This document shows, one piece after another, positions 1-9,525 of a stretch of DNA of 64,000 nt (the stretch's first letter is position 1; each line of letters opens with the position of its first letter). Position numbers and translations under genes: made by a program. The notes under the pieces were generated by a model. The model was not told where the DNA came from, searched no databases, and worked only from the letters and a program-made list of their open reading frames with translations. The stretch lies in assembly GCA_041649045.1 (NCBI GenBank), contig JBAZNV010000001.1:286728-350727 (forward strand). Reading direction: 5' to 3'. Source of the DNA: Candidatus Pacearchaeota archaeon (GTDB lineage Archaea > Nanobdellota > Nanobdellia > Pacearchaeales > GW2011-AR1).

Positions 1-2
1 GC

Positions 3-788
3 CATTCTGTTTGTACTATCGGAGGAATGATTGCGACAGATTCAGTAGGGAGCCGTGCGATCAGATATGGAAAAACCTCGCAGTGGGTAAAATGGATCGA
101 CGTTATTGATGGCGCAGGCAATATTGGCAGAAAGGGAATAACGGAACTCTCTGATTACATTGGGATGGAAGGTATTACGGGAATAATTATAAAAGCATGC
201 TTAAAACTTTCGGAAAAGAAAACGAGAAGTGCAACTTTGGTAAAAGCGCAAACCGTAAATGAATTTATTGAGATAGTAAAAAATATGAAAAGGGATTCAA
301 GAGTATCGATGATAGAATTTCTTGATAAAAAAATTTCCGAAGGTGTGGGAATCGGCAGGTTCTATCATTTAATTATCGAATACGAAAACACTCTTGGAGT
401 TTTGAAAAATAATGAATACCAAAACATACTTGATTTGCGAGATAAAATTTATCCATTTTTGGCAAATAACGGTTTTAAAAGAATAGAAGATCCCAAGATT
501 TCAATAGATCGTTTCGAAAAATTGCTGACATGGCTTGAAGAAAAAAAGATTCCGGTGTTTGGACATATATCTGTTGGAATTTTTCATCCATGTTTCAACA
601 AAGAACAGGAAAAATATATTCCAGAAATGATGGAAATCGTAAAAAAAATGGGCGGGCAAATATCAGGAGAACATGGGATAGGTCTTCTAAAAAAAGAATT
701 TGTAGAAATGAATGATAAAAAAATTTTTACAAATATAAAAAAAAGAACTGATCCTCAAAATAAATTTAACACGGGGAAAATAATATGA
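3..788 (+). CDS. FAD-linked oxidase (GlcD / D-lactate dehydrogenase-like), C-terminal part; 5' end lies outside the window
   Basis: Reading frame is open to the window start. The sequence CTIGGMIATDSVGSRAIRYG resembles the end of the FAD-binding domain, followed by a C-terminal oxidase-domain region (GEHGIGLLK). Confidence 0.55.
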   Translation, partial: HSVCTIGGMIATDSVGSRAIRYGKTSQWVKWIDVIDGAGNIGRKGITELSDYIGMEGITGIIIKACLKLSEKKTRSATLVKAQTVNEFIEIVKNMKRDSRVSMIEFLDKKISEGVGIGRFYHLIIEYENTLGVLKNNEYQNILDLRDKIYPFLANNGFKRIEDPKISIDRFEKLLTWLEEKKIPVFGHISVGIFHPCFNKEQEKYIPEMMEIVKKMGGQISGEHGIGLLKKEFVEMNDKKIFTNIKKRTDPQNKFNTGKII

Positions 789-1651
789 AAGTAGTAACTC
801 ACGACGGCAAATTTCATGGTGACGAAATTTTCGCTTGCGCAGTTTTAAAACTAATTTATCCTGAAGTCGAAATAATCAGGACGCGTGATGAAAAATTTTT
901 TACAAAAGCAGATTTGCTTATTGATATCGGAACAAAGCTTGACAACGAAAAATTTTTTGATCATCATCAGTTAGATTTTAATAAAAAAAGAGAAAATGGA
1001 ATGCCCTTTGCGTCAGCGGGATTAATCTGGAAAAAATTTTATAGCAAGTTAACAACTAAAGATGTTTATGAATATTTGGATATAAAAATTTTTCAATTTA
1101 TTGACGCTGACGACAGCGGATTGAGAGTGTTTGAAGCCACCAAGTGTGAGCCTTATACAATCGGGAACGTAATAGAAGATTTAAATAATAACTCAGCGAA
1201 ATCGGACGAAAACTTTTTTTTCGTCTTGGACTTTATAACAAAATTACTAAAGAATGAAATTGTTCGAACAGAGGAACTTTTCAAAGCTAAGAAGATAATC
1301 GAAGAAAAATTAAAAAATAATAAAGAAGAATTTTTAGTTTTAGACAAGTATATACCATGGAAAGAATGGCTTGTCGGAAATGGAAAAATAAAATTTGTTA
1401 TATACAAGGGAAGCGATAGTTCTGACAGGTGGTGCTCTGTAGGAGTTCCCAAAAAAAAGATAGGCTACGAAAGAATTGCATATTTTCCTGAAAAGTGGGC
1501 GGGTTTATCTGACGACAAGCTGGTAAAAGCAACAGGTATTGAAGGAGCAAAATTCTGTCACAAACTTCGTTTTATCTGTGTTGCAAAAACCGAAGACGAT
1601 GCAATAAAACTTACTAAATTAGCGATAGAAAAAAATGGAAATAGAATTTAA
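785..1651 (+). CDS. MYG1/UPF0160 family metal-dependent hydrolase
   Basis: N-terminal THDGKFHGDE motif and overall length match the MYG1 family. The start overlaps the upstream stop. Confidence 0.65.
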   Translation: MKVVTHDGKFHGDEIFACAVLKLIYPEVEIIRTRDEKFFTKADLLIDIGTKLDNEKFFDHHQLDFNKKRENGMPFASAGLIWKKFYSKLTTKDVYEYLDIKIFQFIDADDSGLRVFEATKCEPYTIGNVIEDLNNNSAKSDENFFFVLDFITKLLKNEIVRTEELFKAKKIIEEKLKNNKEEFLVLDKYIPWKEWLVGNGKIKFVIYKGSDSSDRWCSVGVPKKKIGYERIAYFPEKWAGLSDDKLVKATGIEGAKFCHKLRFICVAKTEDDAIKLTKLAIEKNGNRI

Positions 1652-2021
1652 TGGGTTATATTTTGAAGCGAGTAAAAAACCAAGAAGACATTATGCTTGT
1701 GATGAATATGCCGAGATGCAGAGACTTGGATGGGGTTTTAGAGATGGGAAAGTAGAAAGAAAAATTAAGTTGCAACCAAATTCACATTGCGGGAAATATG
1801 AAGTTAGAGAGTATTCCCTTCAACAAGTTGCTGCAACATTGAGTGGCCCTCTTGTTTTCGGGAATAAAGCCCAAACCGATGCTATTTGTGCGGCAAGAAT
1901 TTTTCAAATAATTTTTAAATCAGAAGGTTGGCAACATTCTTCAATTCCAGAGCTAAAGGAAAGAGTGAGAGATGAAATACAATTAGCGGAGGATACTAAT
2001 TCGCAATGGACCTTAAAATAG
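1635..2021 (+). CDS. hypothetical protein
   Basis: 128-aa ORF overlapping the upstream stop. No motif recognised. Confidence 0.3.
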   Translation: MEIEFNGLYFEASKKPRRHYACDEYAEMQRLGWGFRDGKVERKIKLQPNSHCGKYEVREYSLQQVAATLSGPLVFGNKAQTDAICAARIFQIIFKSEGWQHSSIPELKERVRDEIQLAEDTNSQWTLK

Positions 2022-2069
2022 TAAAATTTAAATATAAGGGGGTGCTACTTTAAACATAACCTCCCCGGT

Positions 2070-2663
2070 ATGACGCAAGGAATGCCGGGAGTCTTTTTTA
2101 TGAACAACTCAAAAAAGAAAGCAATAGTTTTTATTGATGGTAACAACTGGTATCATAATGTAAAAACAGTGGTCGAAAAACCCAGATCTGTAGATTTCAA
2201 TAAACTTTCGGAAATGATAGCAAAACATTTTGATTTAAACATTGTCGAAATAAGATATTATAATTCAATCCCAGACATAGAGTTAGGGGAAGAAGTATAT
2301 TACAAACACATGATTTTTTTGGCCAATCTAAAAAGACGGGGAATTATTGTTAATACAGCAAAATTAAAAAAAGTAAAATTGAATAAAGAAATGATTAGAG
2401 TAGAAAAGGGGATAGATGTTTTGATTACTGTCGACATGATTAGAAAAACGCTTCTTGAAGGCGAGTGTGATTGCTGCGTTTTAATTTCCGGAGATTCGGA
2501 TTTTGTTCCGGTTATGAGGCTAATCAAAGTCGCGGGGAGGGAAATCTTGACGACTTCCGTTTTAAAGGGTTATGCAAGAGAACTTCTTCAGGGTGAATTT
2601 CGTTTCTGGATCTTAAAAAAGCAAGATATAAAAAAGTGTGTAAACGGGTATAAAAATGAATGA
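2070..2663 (+). CDS. NYN domain (LabA-like) protein
   Basis: AIVFIDGNNWYH and ISGDSDFVPV motifs are typical of the NYN/LabA RNase-like fold. Confidence 0.55.
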   Translation: MTQGMPGVFFMNNSKKKAIVFIDGNNWYHNVKTVVEKPRSVDFNKLSEMIAKHFDLNIVEIRYYNSIPDIELGEEVYYKHMIFLANLKRRGIIVNTAKLKKVKLNKEMIRVEKGIDVLITVDMIRKTLLEGECDCCVLISGDSDFVPVMRLIKVAGREILTTSVLKGYARELLQGEFRFWILKKQDIKKCVNGYKNE

Positions 2664-3294
2664 ACAATTTTATGAGAAGTTGAAAGAGAGAATTTTGCCG
2701 TATTATGAACAAAGTGTTTCCCACGGGTTCGATCATTCAGAAAGGGTCCTTAGAAATGCGATTAAAATTAGCGAAGGCGAGAATGTAGACATTGATATCG
2801 TAAAAACTTCAGCTATACTTCATGATATTGCCAGACACAAGGAAAAAGAGGGAACTAATGTTTGCCACGCCGAAGAAGGCGCGAAAATAGCAGAAGAAGT
2901 TTTGAGAGAATTAAATTTCCCTAATAATAAAATTCCTCAAGTTGTTCACGCAATAAAAGTTCATAGATACAGTAAGGGTTTGAAAGCAGAAACTCGGGAA
3001 GCAGAAATTTTGCAGGACGCCGACAGGCTTGACGCATTGGGCTCAATTATTCTGGTCAGAATGATTTCCGCCGCTTCTAAAAAAGGAATTCCTATTTACG
3101 ATCCAAAAATTCCTATCAAAAAAGAATATGATGGAAGTAAATCAACGGTAATAAATCATATATATGAAAAAATTTTAAAGATGAAACCGGAAACTTTCAG
3201 AACGAAAAAGGCTCAGGAGATGGCGATGAAAAAATATAAACTAATAGACGACTTTGTAGATAGTTATATTAAAGAAGTCACAGGAGAATTATAA
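2656..3294 (+). CDS. HD domain phosphohydrolase
   Basis: H...HD metal-binding motif (HSERV...LHDIARH) and a downstream D in QDADRLD. Confidence 0.65.
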   Translation: MNEQFYEKLKERILPYYEQSVSHGFDHSERVLRNAIKISEGENVDIDIVKTSAILHDIARHKEKEGTNVCHAEEGAKIAEEVLRELNFPNNKIPQVVHAIKVHRYSKGLKAETREAEILQDADRLDALGSIILVRMISAASKKGIPIYDPKIPIKKEYDGSKSTVINHIYEKILKMKPETFRTKKAQEMAMKKYKLIDDFVDSYIKEVTGEL

Positions 3295-3686
3295 TGACAA
3301 AACAATTAGATATAGAAACAAATAATTTAATAGAAGAAGTTAGGGAGGTCCTTTCTCCGTGTATAAAATGCGGCATGTGTAAATCATTATGCCCGGTATT
3401 CAAATCATTGCGTGAAGAAAGTGTTTCGCCGAGAGGAAAAGCAATTCTTTTGTCGGAAAAAACTTTGGATAAAATAGTGTTCCAGTGCAATTTATGCAAA
3501 GCCTGTGAAGAAAAATGCCCGTTAAATTTGAAAATTTGTGAAGCCATTAGGAAAGCGAGAGAGGCAATGGTTTTGAGTAAAAAAGAGTTAAAAGAAAATA
3601 AAGAAATGATCGAGAACATTAGGAATACAGGAAACCCATTTGGAAAAAATACAATCAAAGAAGACGGAAAGTTATATTGTTGTTAA
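3294..3686 (+). CDS. 2x[4Fe-4S] ferredoxin-like protein (GlcF-like N-terminal region)
   Basis: Two CxxCxxCxxxCP motifs (CIKCGMCKSLCP, CNLCKACEEKCP). Start overlaps the stop of the HD gene. Confidence 0.55.
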   Translation: MTKQLDIETNNLIEEVREVLSPCIKCGMCKSLCPVFKSLREESVSPRGKAILLSEKTLDKIVFQCNLCKACEEKCPLNLKICEAIRKAREAMVLSKKELKENKEMIENIRNTGNPFGKNTIKEDGKLYCC

Positions 3687-5368
3687 AAATGAGTAAACCA
3701 AAACTCCAATCTATCCTTGTCTTTTTTGTGCAATCTTACAAATCCAAACCTCTCAAACTGAATCACATCTCCCACTTTGAGTTTTTTTGTTTCAGGTTCA
3801 CTTAATCCTTTTGTCCAACTTCCGTCTGGCATGAAAATTTCAGTTTGTATATTTTCTTGATTTGAAGGAAGCCACTGTAAAAACTTAGTTTTCATATCGT
3901 TTATAGGTTCTTCTGAAATAAATGAATTTTCTCTTCTTTTCAGGGTTAAAATCCATTCTGATTTAAAAGTCAATAAATGCATCAGACGATAATTTCCATC
4001 CTGCATCATTTCAAGATCATTATTTGAAATTAAAAATTTTTGCGACGTCTTATATCTCCTAAATCCTTTTTCTTTGCTTGGGTGAAGTGGAATATTTGCT
4101 GTTAGTTCTGGGCATCCGCTTATTTTTATTTCTTGGGGATTTTCAACAAAAAAATATCTTGGAACATCTTCGAGAAATTTTCTATTCAAAGCGTATAAAA
4201 CTTCAATCGGGATTTTTACGTTTGATTTATTTATCCCTGCATTTACGATAAATTGCCTTATGGCTTCGGGCCTTATCCCTCTGTCTCTTAACGATTGAAT
4301 GCTCCATGTTCTTGGGTCATTCCATCCGATATATTCCCCTGAATGAACCTCCTTCGAGCTCTTGGATTTTGAAAGTTTCGTTCCTTCTATTCCAAGGTGT
4401 CCGTTGTAAATACTTTCAGGATTTTTCCATCCAAAAATATTTCTTATAAAATCCTGAATTCTCGTTGACATTTGATGTTCAATTCCTCTTAAAACATGTG
4501 TGGTCCCAAAAATAAAATCGTCAATCGCCCATGAAAATTCCATTGATGGATAAATTCTATATTTGTTTTTTGTTCGCGGATGAACCCTGTCCGAAATTTT
4601 CAACATAACTCTGTCTCTAAATGCAGGATCTGGGTCTTGCATTGAAGTTTTAATTCGAACGCTCATTGAACCTGCAGGGGCCTTGAACATTTTTTCCCAT
4701 CTTTCAATTTGTTCTTGCGGCGAAAATTGACGACAAGAACACTCGACGCCTTTTGCTCGCAATTCCTGCATTTCTTTTTGATTGCAATCACATACATACA
4801 TGTACCCCTTTTTTATAAGTTCTTTCGCATAATCATAATATTTTTCTATCCTATCAGATTTGTAAATAATTTTATCATAATTCACATTCAAAAATTTTAT
4901 TCCCTCTTCAATCAGTTTATAGGCTTCGGGCTCGATCGGTTTTTCAACGGATCCGATTGTATCATCCATCACGAGCAACAATTTCCCATCATACATTTTT
5001 ACATACTCGTCATTTAAAATCAAAGTTCTGGCATTGCCGATATGCAACGGTCCCGATGGAAATGGCGCCATTCTCATCACAACTTTTCCTTTTTCGGCAT
5101 TCGGGAGCTCGGGCAAACCTTCGCGAACCTCACGTTTGCTTATTTTATGAGTTGACTTTTCAAGTTGTTTTTTTTGTTCATCAATAGAAAGAGAATTTAT
5201 TTCCTTGATAATTTCATTTATTTTTGGCATATAATTTTTAATTTCTGACTTTTCAAGTCCTTCGGCAAAAAGTCCCGAAAGAACAGAAGAAGGATTGGCT
5301 TTGCCCTTATATCTCAAGGCATTCTCAAGAGCATAAACTTTTATTACTTCATTGGATATATCTACCAT
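3683..5368 (-). CDS. gltX: glutamyl-tRNA synthetase, archaeal/eukaryal type
   Basis: Class I HIGN motif (PSGPLHIGNARTLILNDEY), KLSKSK motif, and ~560 aa length typical of archaeal GluRS. Confidence 0.85.
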   Translation of the reverse strand: MVDISNEVIKVYALENALRYKGKANPSSVLSGLFAEGLEKSEIKNYMPKINEIIKEINSLSIDEQKKQLEKSTHKISKREVREGLPELPNAEKGKVVMRMAPFPSGPLHIGNARTLILNDEYVKMYDGKLLLVMDDTIGSVEKPIEPEAYKLIEEGIKFLNVNYDKIIYKSDRIEKYYDYAKELIKKGYMYVCDCNQKEMQELRAKGVECSCRQFSPQEQIERWEKMFKAPAGSMSVRIKTSMQDPDPAFRDRVMLKISDRVHPRTKNKYRIYPSMEFSWAIDDFIFGTTHVLRGIEHQMSTRIQDFIRNIFGWKNPESIYNGHLGIEGTKLSKSKSSKEVHSGEYIGWNDPRTWSIQSLRDRGIRPEAIRQFIVNAGINKSNVKIPIEVLYALNRKFLEDVPRYFFVENPQEIKISGCPELTANIPLHPSKEKGFRRYKTSQKFLISNNDLEMMQDGNYRLMHLLTFKSEWILTLKRRENSFISEEPINDMKTKFLQWLPSNQENIQTEIFMPDGSWTKGLSEPETKKLKVGDVIQFERFGFVRLHKKDKDRLEFWFTHF

Positions 5369-5458
5369 AAAAAATTAAAGAAGCCAGAGATTTTAAAGTT
5401 TACTTAACAACTCAGGACACATCGTCAATATTATCTAAAAGTCTACTCGTCCTTGTAT

Positions 5459-5827
5459 TTACCACCCAATCAGATTATTTTCAGGATAACTGGGTTGGTT
5501 GACTCCAGTCTTTTTTTCAAGAAGTTCTATTCTTTGTTCTAACTTATAAATTTTATTGTCAAGTTCTGTAATTTTTTCGTCAACTTCTCTTTTATTATAT
5601 CCTTCCAATTCAGTTGAAAATTGTTTCTTTTCTCCGAGAGTTTTTGCTCCGTAAAAAAAATCTGTTTTGCTTTGTCCTGTTTTTTTCGAGGCAATCGCGT
5701 TACTTCTTACATCAACAAATCCGTCGTCATTTGTCGGCACAACACTGTCATTTTTAGAGATTCTTACGATTCCTCTTTTCTGCAAATCCCTGACATCTAC
5801 CATCCCTTTTTTCTTTTTGAATAACAT
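5459..5827 (-). CDS. hypothetical coiled-coil protein
   Basis: 122-aa ORF with a C-terminal coiled-coil (ITELDNKIYKLEQRIELLEKK). Confidence 0.3.
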   Translation of the reverse strand: MLFKKKKGMVDVRDLQKRGIVRISKNDSVVPTNDDGFVDVRSNAIASKKTGQSKTDFFYGAKTLGEKKQFSTELEGYNKREVDEKITELDNKIYKLEQRIELLEKKTGVNQPSYPENNLIGW

Positions 5828-5907
5828 ATAAAAATAAAGAAGAAGCTTTATTTAAAGCTTAGGGGACCCTTACAAAAATTTATATATTCATTCTTACAAT
5901 TAGAAAG

Positions 5908-7470
5908 ATGGCAGATTTCAAGAGCGTGATTTCAAAAATAATGACTGATTCAAAATCTCCTGAGCAGTTGGATAAAATGGCAATGTGGGATATTGAGAAG
6001 AAAAAGTTCAAGCCCGCGACTTCTTATAAAATGACTTTTGATTCTCAGCAGGCGCAACTTGAACCAATTTATTTTTGGTTGCTTGATTTCATGCAGGATA
6101 CGGGATGGGAATCAAAAAAAATTACTGATAATTTCATGTCAAGTCCAGGTTCGGGACACTTTGCGGAAATGGGGCAAAGAGCAACACGAATGCAAGAAGA
6201 GGGAATGAAAATTTTAGGCGGATTAAATCAAGTTATAAAGTCTTCTTTGAATTTAATATACGACCTGAAAGAATTTGAATTGAGACTTGCGCATTACGAC
6301 GATGCTAACTCGAAAGACAAAGAAAAATTTGAAACCGGAATGCTCGCATTAAAACAAATCTGGCTGGACAATGTTGATTTGAAAAGAGGGCGGGGCTCGA
6401 TTCATCAGATGGCCGCAGAGCTCGGGTATACTACGATAAGAGAAGCTTTTATGATGGCGAATTCATTAGAAGATTTAAAAAAAATGAATAGCGATAAAGA
6501 TGGCGGACTTATAAACGACCAAGTCATGAGAATTTTGATTCCGCGCCTTGATGAATTTTTGAAGTGGAAAGTGTATTCTGAGAAAGAACTTAGAAAAAGA
6601 ATGAATATCGAGAAAAACTATTTAAGAAGCCAAATTGAGACGATAAAACTTTATTCAGCATGGATGAAGCCATATCTGAAAGCTGCAGAAGAGTTGACAC
6701 AAAAAGGTTTTGAAGGCAACGCGGCTCTTGTGAATGCATTTAGTACTTCAATGTTTGAACTCACTTTATATGGGAAAAAGGAAGAAAAAGTTCCGAAAAA
6801 TTTTTCTAATTATAATATGAAAAGAAAATATTATTCTTTTATTATAATAAGTTTGGTATATAGGGGACACGTTTCTCAGCGAGTCACGCAAAAAGGTGAC
6901 TACGCGTTTAGCATGGGTGGAAGAGTGGATATGACTTTTGATTCGTATTCTTTAAATGAAGAAGAACTGAAATTAATAGAAAAAGAGTATACTAAGGAAG
7001 AAGTTTCTGATAACATGAATTTTTCAATGAAGTTGGCCGAAGAATCATTAAAAGAATTAAAGGAAGATTTGGATCATTTTTTAAAAAGCGACGAAGAGAA
7101 AAAGAAAGAAGAAGAGAGAGTGTCTGAGAAGAAGAGAGAAGAAGAGAAAAAAAACAACGTCAATCCATTTTCGGCCCTGTTTGGAATTTTTAAAATAAAA
7201 AAAGAAGAGAAAAAAGATAAAGATGGGAAAAAAATTATCGAGTCGCCAAAGGATATTCAACCAGATAATTATATTGAAAATACGGTCAGAGCTAACGCAA
7301 TAAATTCAGGTGCTGCGGGGCTGTATTCTATTTATGATATATACAAAAAAGCTCACGGATTGGCCTCTGCCCCAAGTGTGGGATTTAAAAATCTTGATAG
7401 TGCGCCAAAACAATCGGAAGTTAAGCTTAAAGATGTTTTCAAAGGTGATTTCGGAAAAATAAAAGAATAA
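5908..7470 (+). CDS. hypothetical protein with K/E-rich low-complexity C-terminal region
   Basis: 520-aa ORF with clean flanks. No recognisable catalytic motif. Contains an EEKKKEEERVSEKKREEEKK stretch. Confidence 0.4.
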   Translation: MADFKSVISKIMTDSKSPEQLDKMAMWDIEKKKFKPATSYKMTFDSQQAQLEPIYFWLLDFMQDTGWESKKITDNFMSSPGSGHFAEMGQRATRMQEEGMKILGGLNQVIKSSLNLIYDLKEFELRLAHYDDANSKDKEKFETGMLALKQIWLDNVDLKRGRGSIHQMAAELGYTTIREAFMMANSLEDLKKMNSDKDGGLINDQVMRILIPRLDEFLKWKVYSEKELRKRMNIEKNYLRSQIETIKLYSAWMKPYLKAAEELTQKGFEGNAALVNAFSTSMFELTLYGKKEEKVPKNFSNYNMKRKYYSFIIISLVYRGHVSQRVTQKGDYAFSMGGRVDMTFDSYSLNEEELKLIEKEYTKEEVSDNMNFSMKLAEESLKELKEDLDHFLKSDEEKKKEEERVSEKKREEEKKNNVNPFSALFGIFKIKKEEKKDKDGKKIIESPKDIQPDNYIENTVRANAINSGAAGLYSIYDIYKKAHGLASAPSVGFKNLDSAPKQSEVKLKDVFKGDFGKIKE

Positions 7471-7658
7471 TACTAATTTCTTAAAAAAATTCCATTATTT
7501 TTCTTATTATATCTCCGGTAAAAAAAGTTTTTAAAAATCCCGGACTAACAGAAGTCGCCCCAACTCCTTCAGAATATTCATAGGCTCCGATATCCCAACC
7601 ATCTCCCTGAGGTCGAGGTTTTCCTTCTATATCTACACTAAGATTGACTCCAAACTCA

Positions 7659-8804
7659 TTATAATATCTGTCCATTATTTCCTGAACAGTCCCTGTCTAC
7701 TATCGAGTAAGTCCCGGCACAATCCGATGACAACTGGGCATCGACAAAAATAACATCGTCGCTGACTTCGGCGCATTCTCCGTCGCTGCAATAATATCCG
7801 CTCCCGCAACTCCCGCAACTCCCTCCGCATCCGTCGCTGCCGCAAATTTTTCCGGAACAGTTTGGCTCGCAAATTTCTGTCACGACACACTCTCCGTTCT
7901 CGCAGCTCCCATCGGTGCAACTCTCTCCGTCGCTGACATTAACATCCGTCGGGCAATCAATATTCCCATCAGTGCAAACTTCCGCTGCGTCGCATTCTCC
8001 TGAAGATGCCCTGCAAACTTCGCCGGCACTGTAATTCACCGAACAATTTCCCGACGTGGAATTGCAAAAGCCGGCACCGCAATCTCCTGTCAGATAACTG
8101 CAATCCGAATCATTCAAGCATGAAGGCAAAACAACACAAGCATTTCCCGAGCACGTTTCTCCGTCGCCGCAGCTCCCGCAGTTTAAAATATTCGAACATC
8201 CGTCGGATAGTCCGCTCCCGCACTGATTCAAACCATAATAATATTCACAGTTTCTCGTCGCTGAACACGAACCCCCTCCGGAGCCGCCTCCGCCTGATCC
8301 TCCCGAACTTCCGCCAGAACTTCCCCCACCGCTCTTCGGAGGAACGTAATCTTTCTCGTTTTCTCCCAGATCAACCTTCTTTACATTCTCGATTTTCAAC
8401 TCGCTGATAACATTCCCTCTCTTTCCGTTCCTGAAAACCGGCACAAGTTTTATGACTTCAAGCTCGCCCGAATTTTCGCTCAGATTAAGATAGTAAACTT
8501 TTTGCTCGTTCGTCTCCGGAGTGTCATTCACAAAATTTGTCACGCTCTCCTCGCTGAAAACAAAAATCAAGTCAAACCCGACGACATCAGCCTCGTCTTC
8601 CCCTCGTTTCACCTGCACCTCCGCGAGCTTGTGCTCCGCATCCCAAACCGTGTACCCGTCGACAATGCTCAAATCCACGATCTGATTTATCTGCGAATCC
8701 ATTATCATCGGCAAAACAAAAATCCACAAAACCGAAACCACGACGATAGTTATCAAAATAATCAGAACTGCCGCGACGACACTCGACACCCCATCTTTTC
8801 GCAT
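7659..8804 (-). CDS. membrane-anchored cysteine-rich surface protein with poly-Gly/Ser linker
   Basis: N-terminal charged residues followed by a ~25-residue hydrophobic segment (pilin/signal-anchor-like). Contains a GGGSSGGSSGGSGGGGSGGGS linker. About 40 Cys in repeated CxxGxC-type spacing. Local GC is elevated by Cys/Gly codons. Confidence 0.5.
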   Translation of the reverse strand: MRKDGVSSVVAAVLIILITIVVVSVLWIFVLPMIMDSQINQIVDLSIVDGYTVWDAEHKLAEVQVKRGEDEADVVGFDLIFVFSEESVTNFVNDTPETNEQKVYYLNLSENSGELEVIKLVPVFRNGKRGNVISELKIENVKKVDLGENEKDYVPPKSGGGSSGGSSGGSGGGGSGGGSCSATRNCEYYYGLNQCGSGLSDGCSNILNCGSCGDGETCSGNACVVLPSCLNDSDCSYLTGDCGAGFCNSTSGNCSVNYSAGEVCRASSGECDAAEVCTDGNIDCPTDVNVSDGESCTDGSCENGECVVTEICEPNCSGKICGSDGCGGSCGSCGSGYYCSDGECAEVSDDVIFVDAQLSSDCAGTYSIVDRDCSGNNGQIL

Positions 8805-8917
8805 TCCAAATCATAATCCAAAGAGATTAAATAGTTTTCTAATTAGATTTAGCTAATAAATACATTGAATTTTGATTATTCCAAAAAACTAATAAACCTT
8901 TTTATCATTATTTATTA

Positions 8918-9490
8918 ATGAAAATAAAAGAAATATCCTCGGGCAAAAAAAAAGTTAAGGAAATCAAAAAAGAAGAAAAAACAGAGCTTGAGCAGGAAGT
9001 TCAAAAAGAAGAAGTCCCAAAAAATTTTGCAGATTCAGAAAACGAAAATCCCGAAAATGATGAACAGCTAAACGGAAAAGAGATAGATGAAGAAAAAGAA
9101 TTTGCACTCAGAGATTTTATTTTAAAACCCGAGGACCCACCTATCACAAATCTTGAAGAAACCCTGTCTGAAATGCCAATTGAAAATAAAGAAGAAAGCA
9201 GAGGAAATTTGAGTTCTTCTGGAAATTTTTATTCGACGAATAAAGACTTTTATTCAAGTTTAAATGGGAGTAATTTGTATGGAGGAGCTTCTTCAAATAA
9301 TTTGTATGAGACAGGGAATGAGCAAGACGAAAATGAAAGTTTTTATAATATGTTAAAATCCGAAGAAAAAGTAGGGGAAATCAGGGGAGAAAGACGTTCG
9401 CAGCTTGAAATAGAAGGAATAAAGGGAAAGTTGGAAAATAATGACAACAGAAGGAAGGGTGAAGAAAAATATAAGACTAAAACTTATTAG
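8918..9490 (+). CDS. acidic low-complexity protein
   Basis: 190-aa ORF, K/E/N-rich, with an AT-rich promoter-like upstream region. Confidence 0.3.
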   Translation: MKIKEISSGKKKVKEIKKEEKTELEQEVQKEEVPKNFADSENENPENDEQLNGKEIDEEKEFALRDFILKPEDPPITNLEETLSEMPIENKEESRGNLSSSGNFYSTNKDFYSSLNGSNLYGGASSNNLYETGNEQDENESFYNMLKSEEKVGEIRGERRSQLEIEGIKGKLENNDNRRKGEEKYKTKTY

Positions 9491-9525
9491 GTAATTTTAT
9501 ATATTCCCATCATTTAATTTAATAG

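Noticed and set aside
7680-8400. Locally elevated GC content suggestive of a horizontally acquired island
   Set aside because: The higher GC is explained by the Cys/Gly/Ser-rich coding composition of a single gene rather than by a multi-gene compositional island.
7675-8407. Arg-rich 81-aa ORF (7675..7920, minus) and 133-aa ORF (8006..8407, plus) overlapping the Cys-rich surface protein gene
   Set aside because: These are alternative-frame or antisense readings of the GC-rich Cys/Gly/Ser codon repeats (tgc/ggc/tcc). Their composition is implausible (poly-Arg) and they have no independent support.
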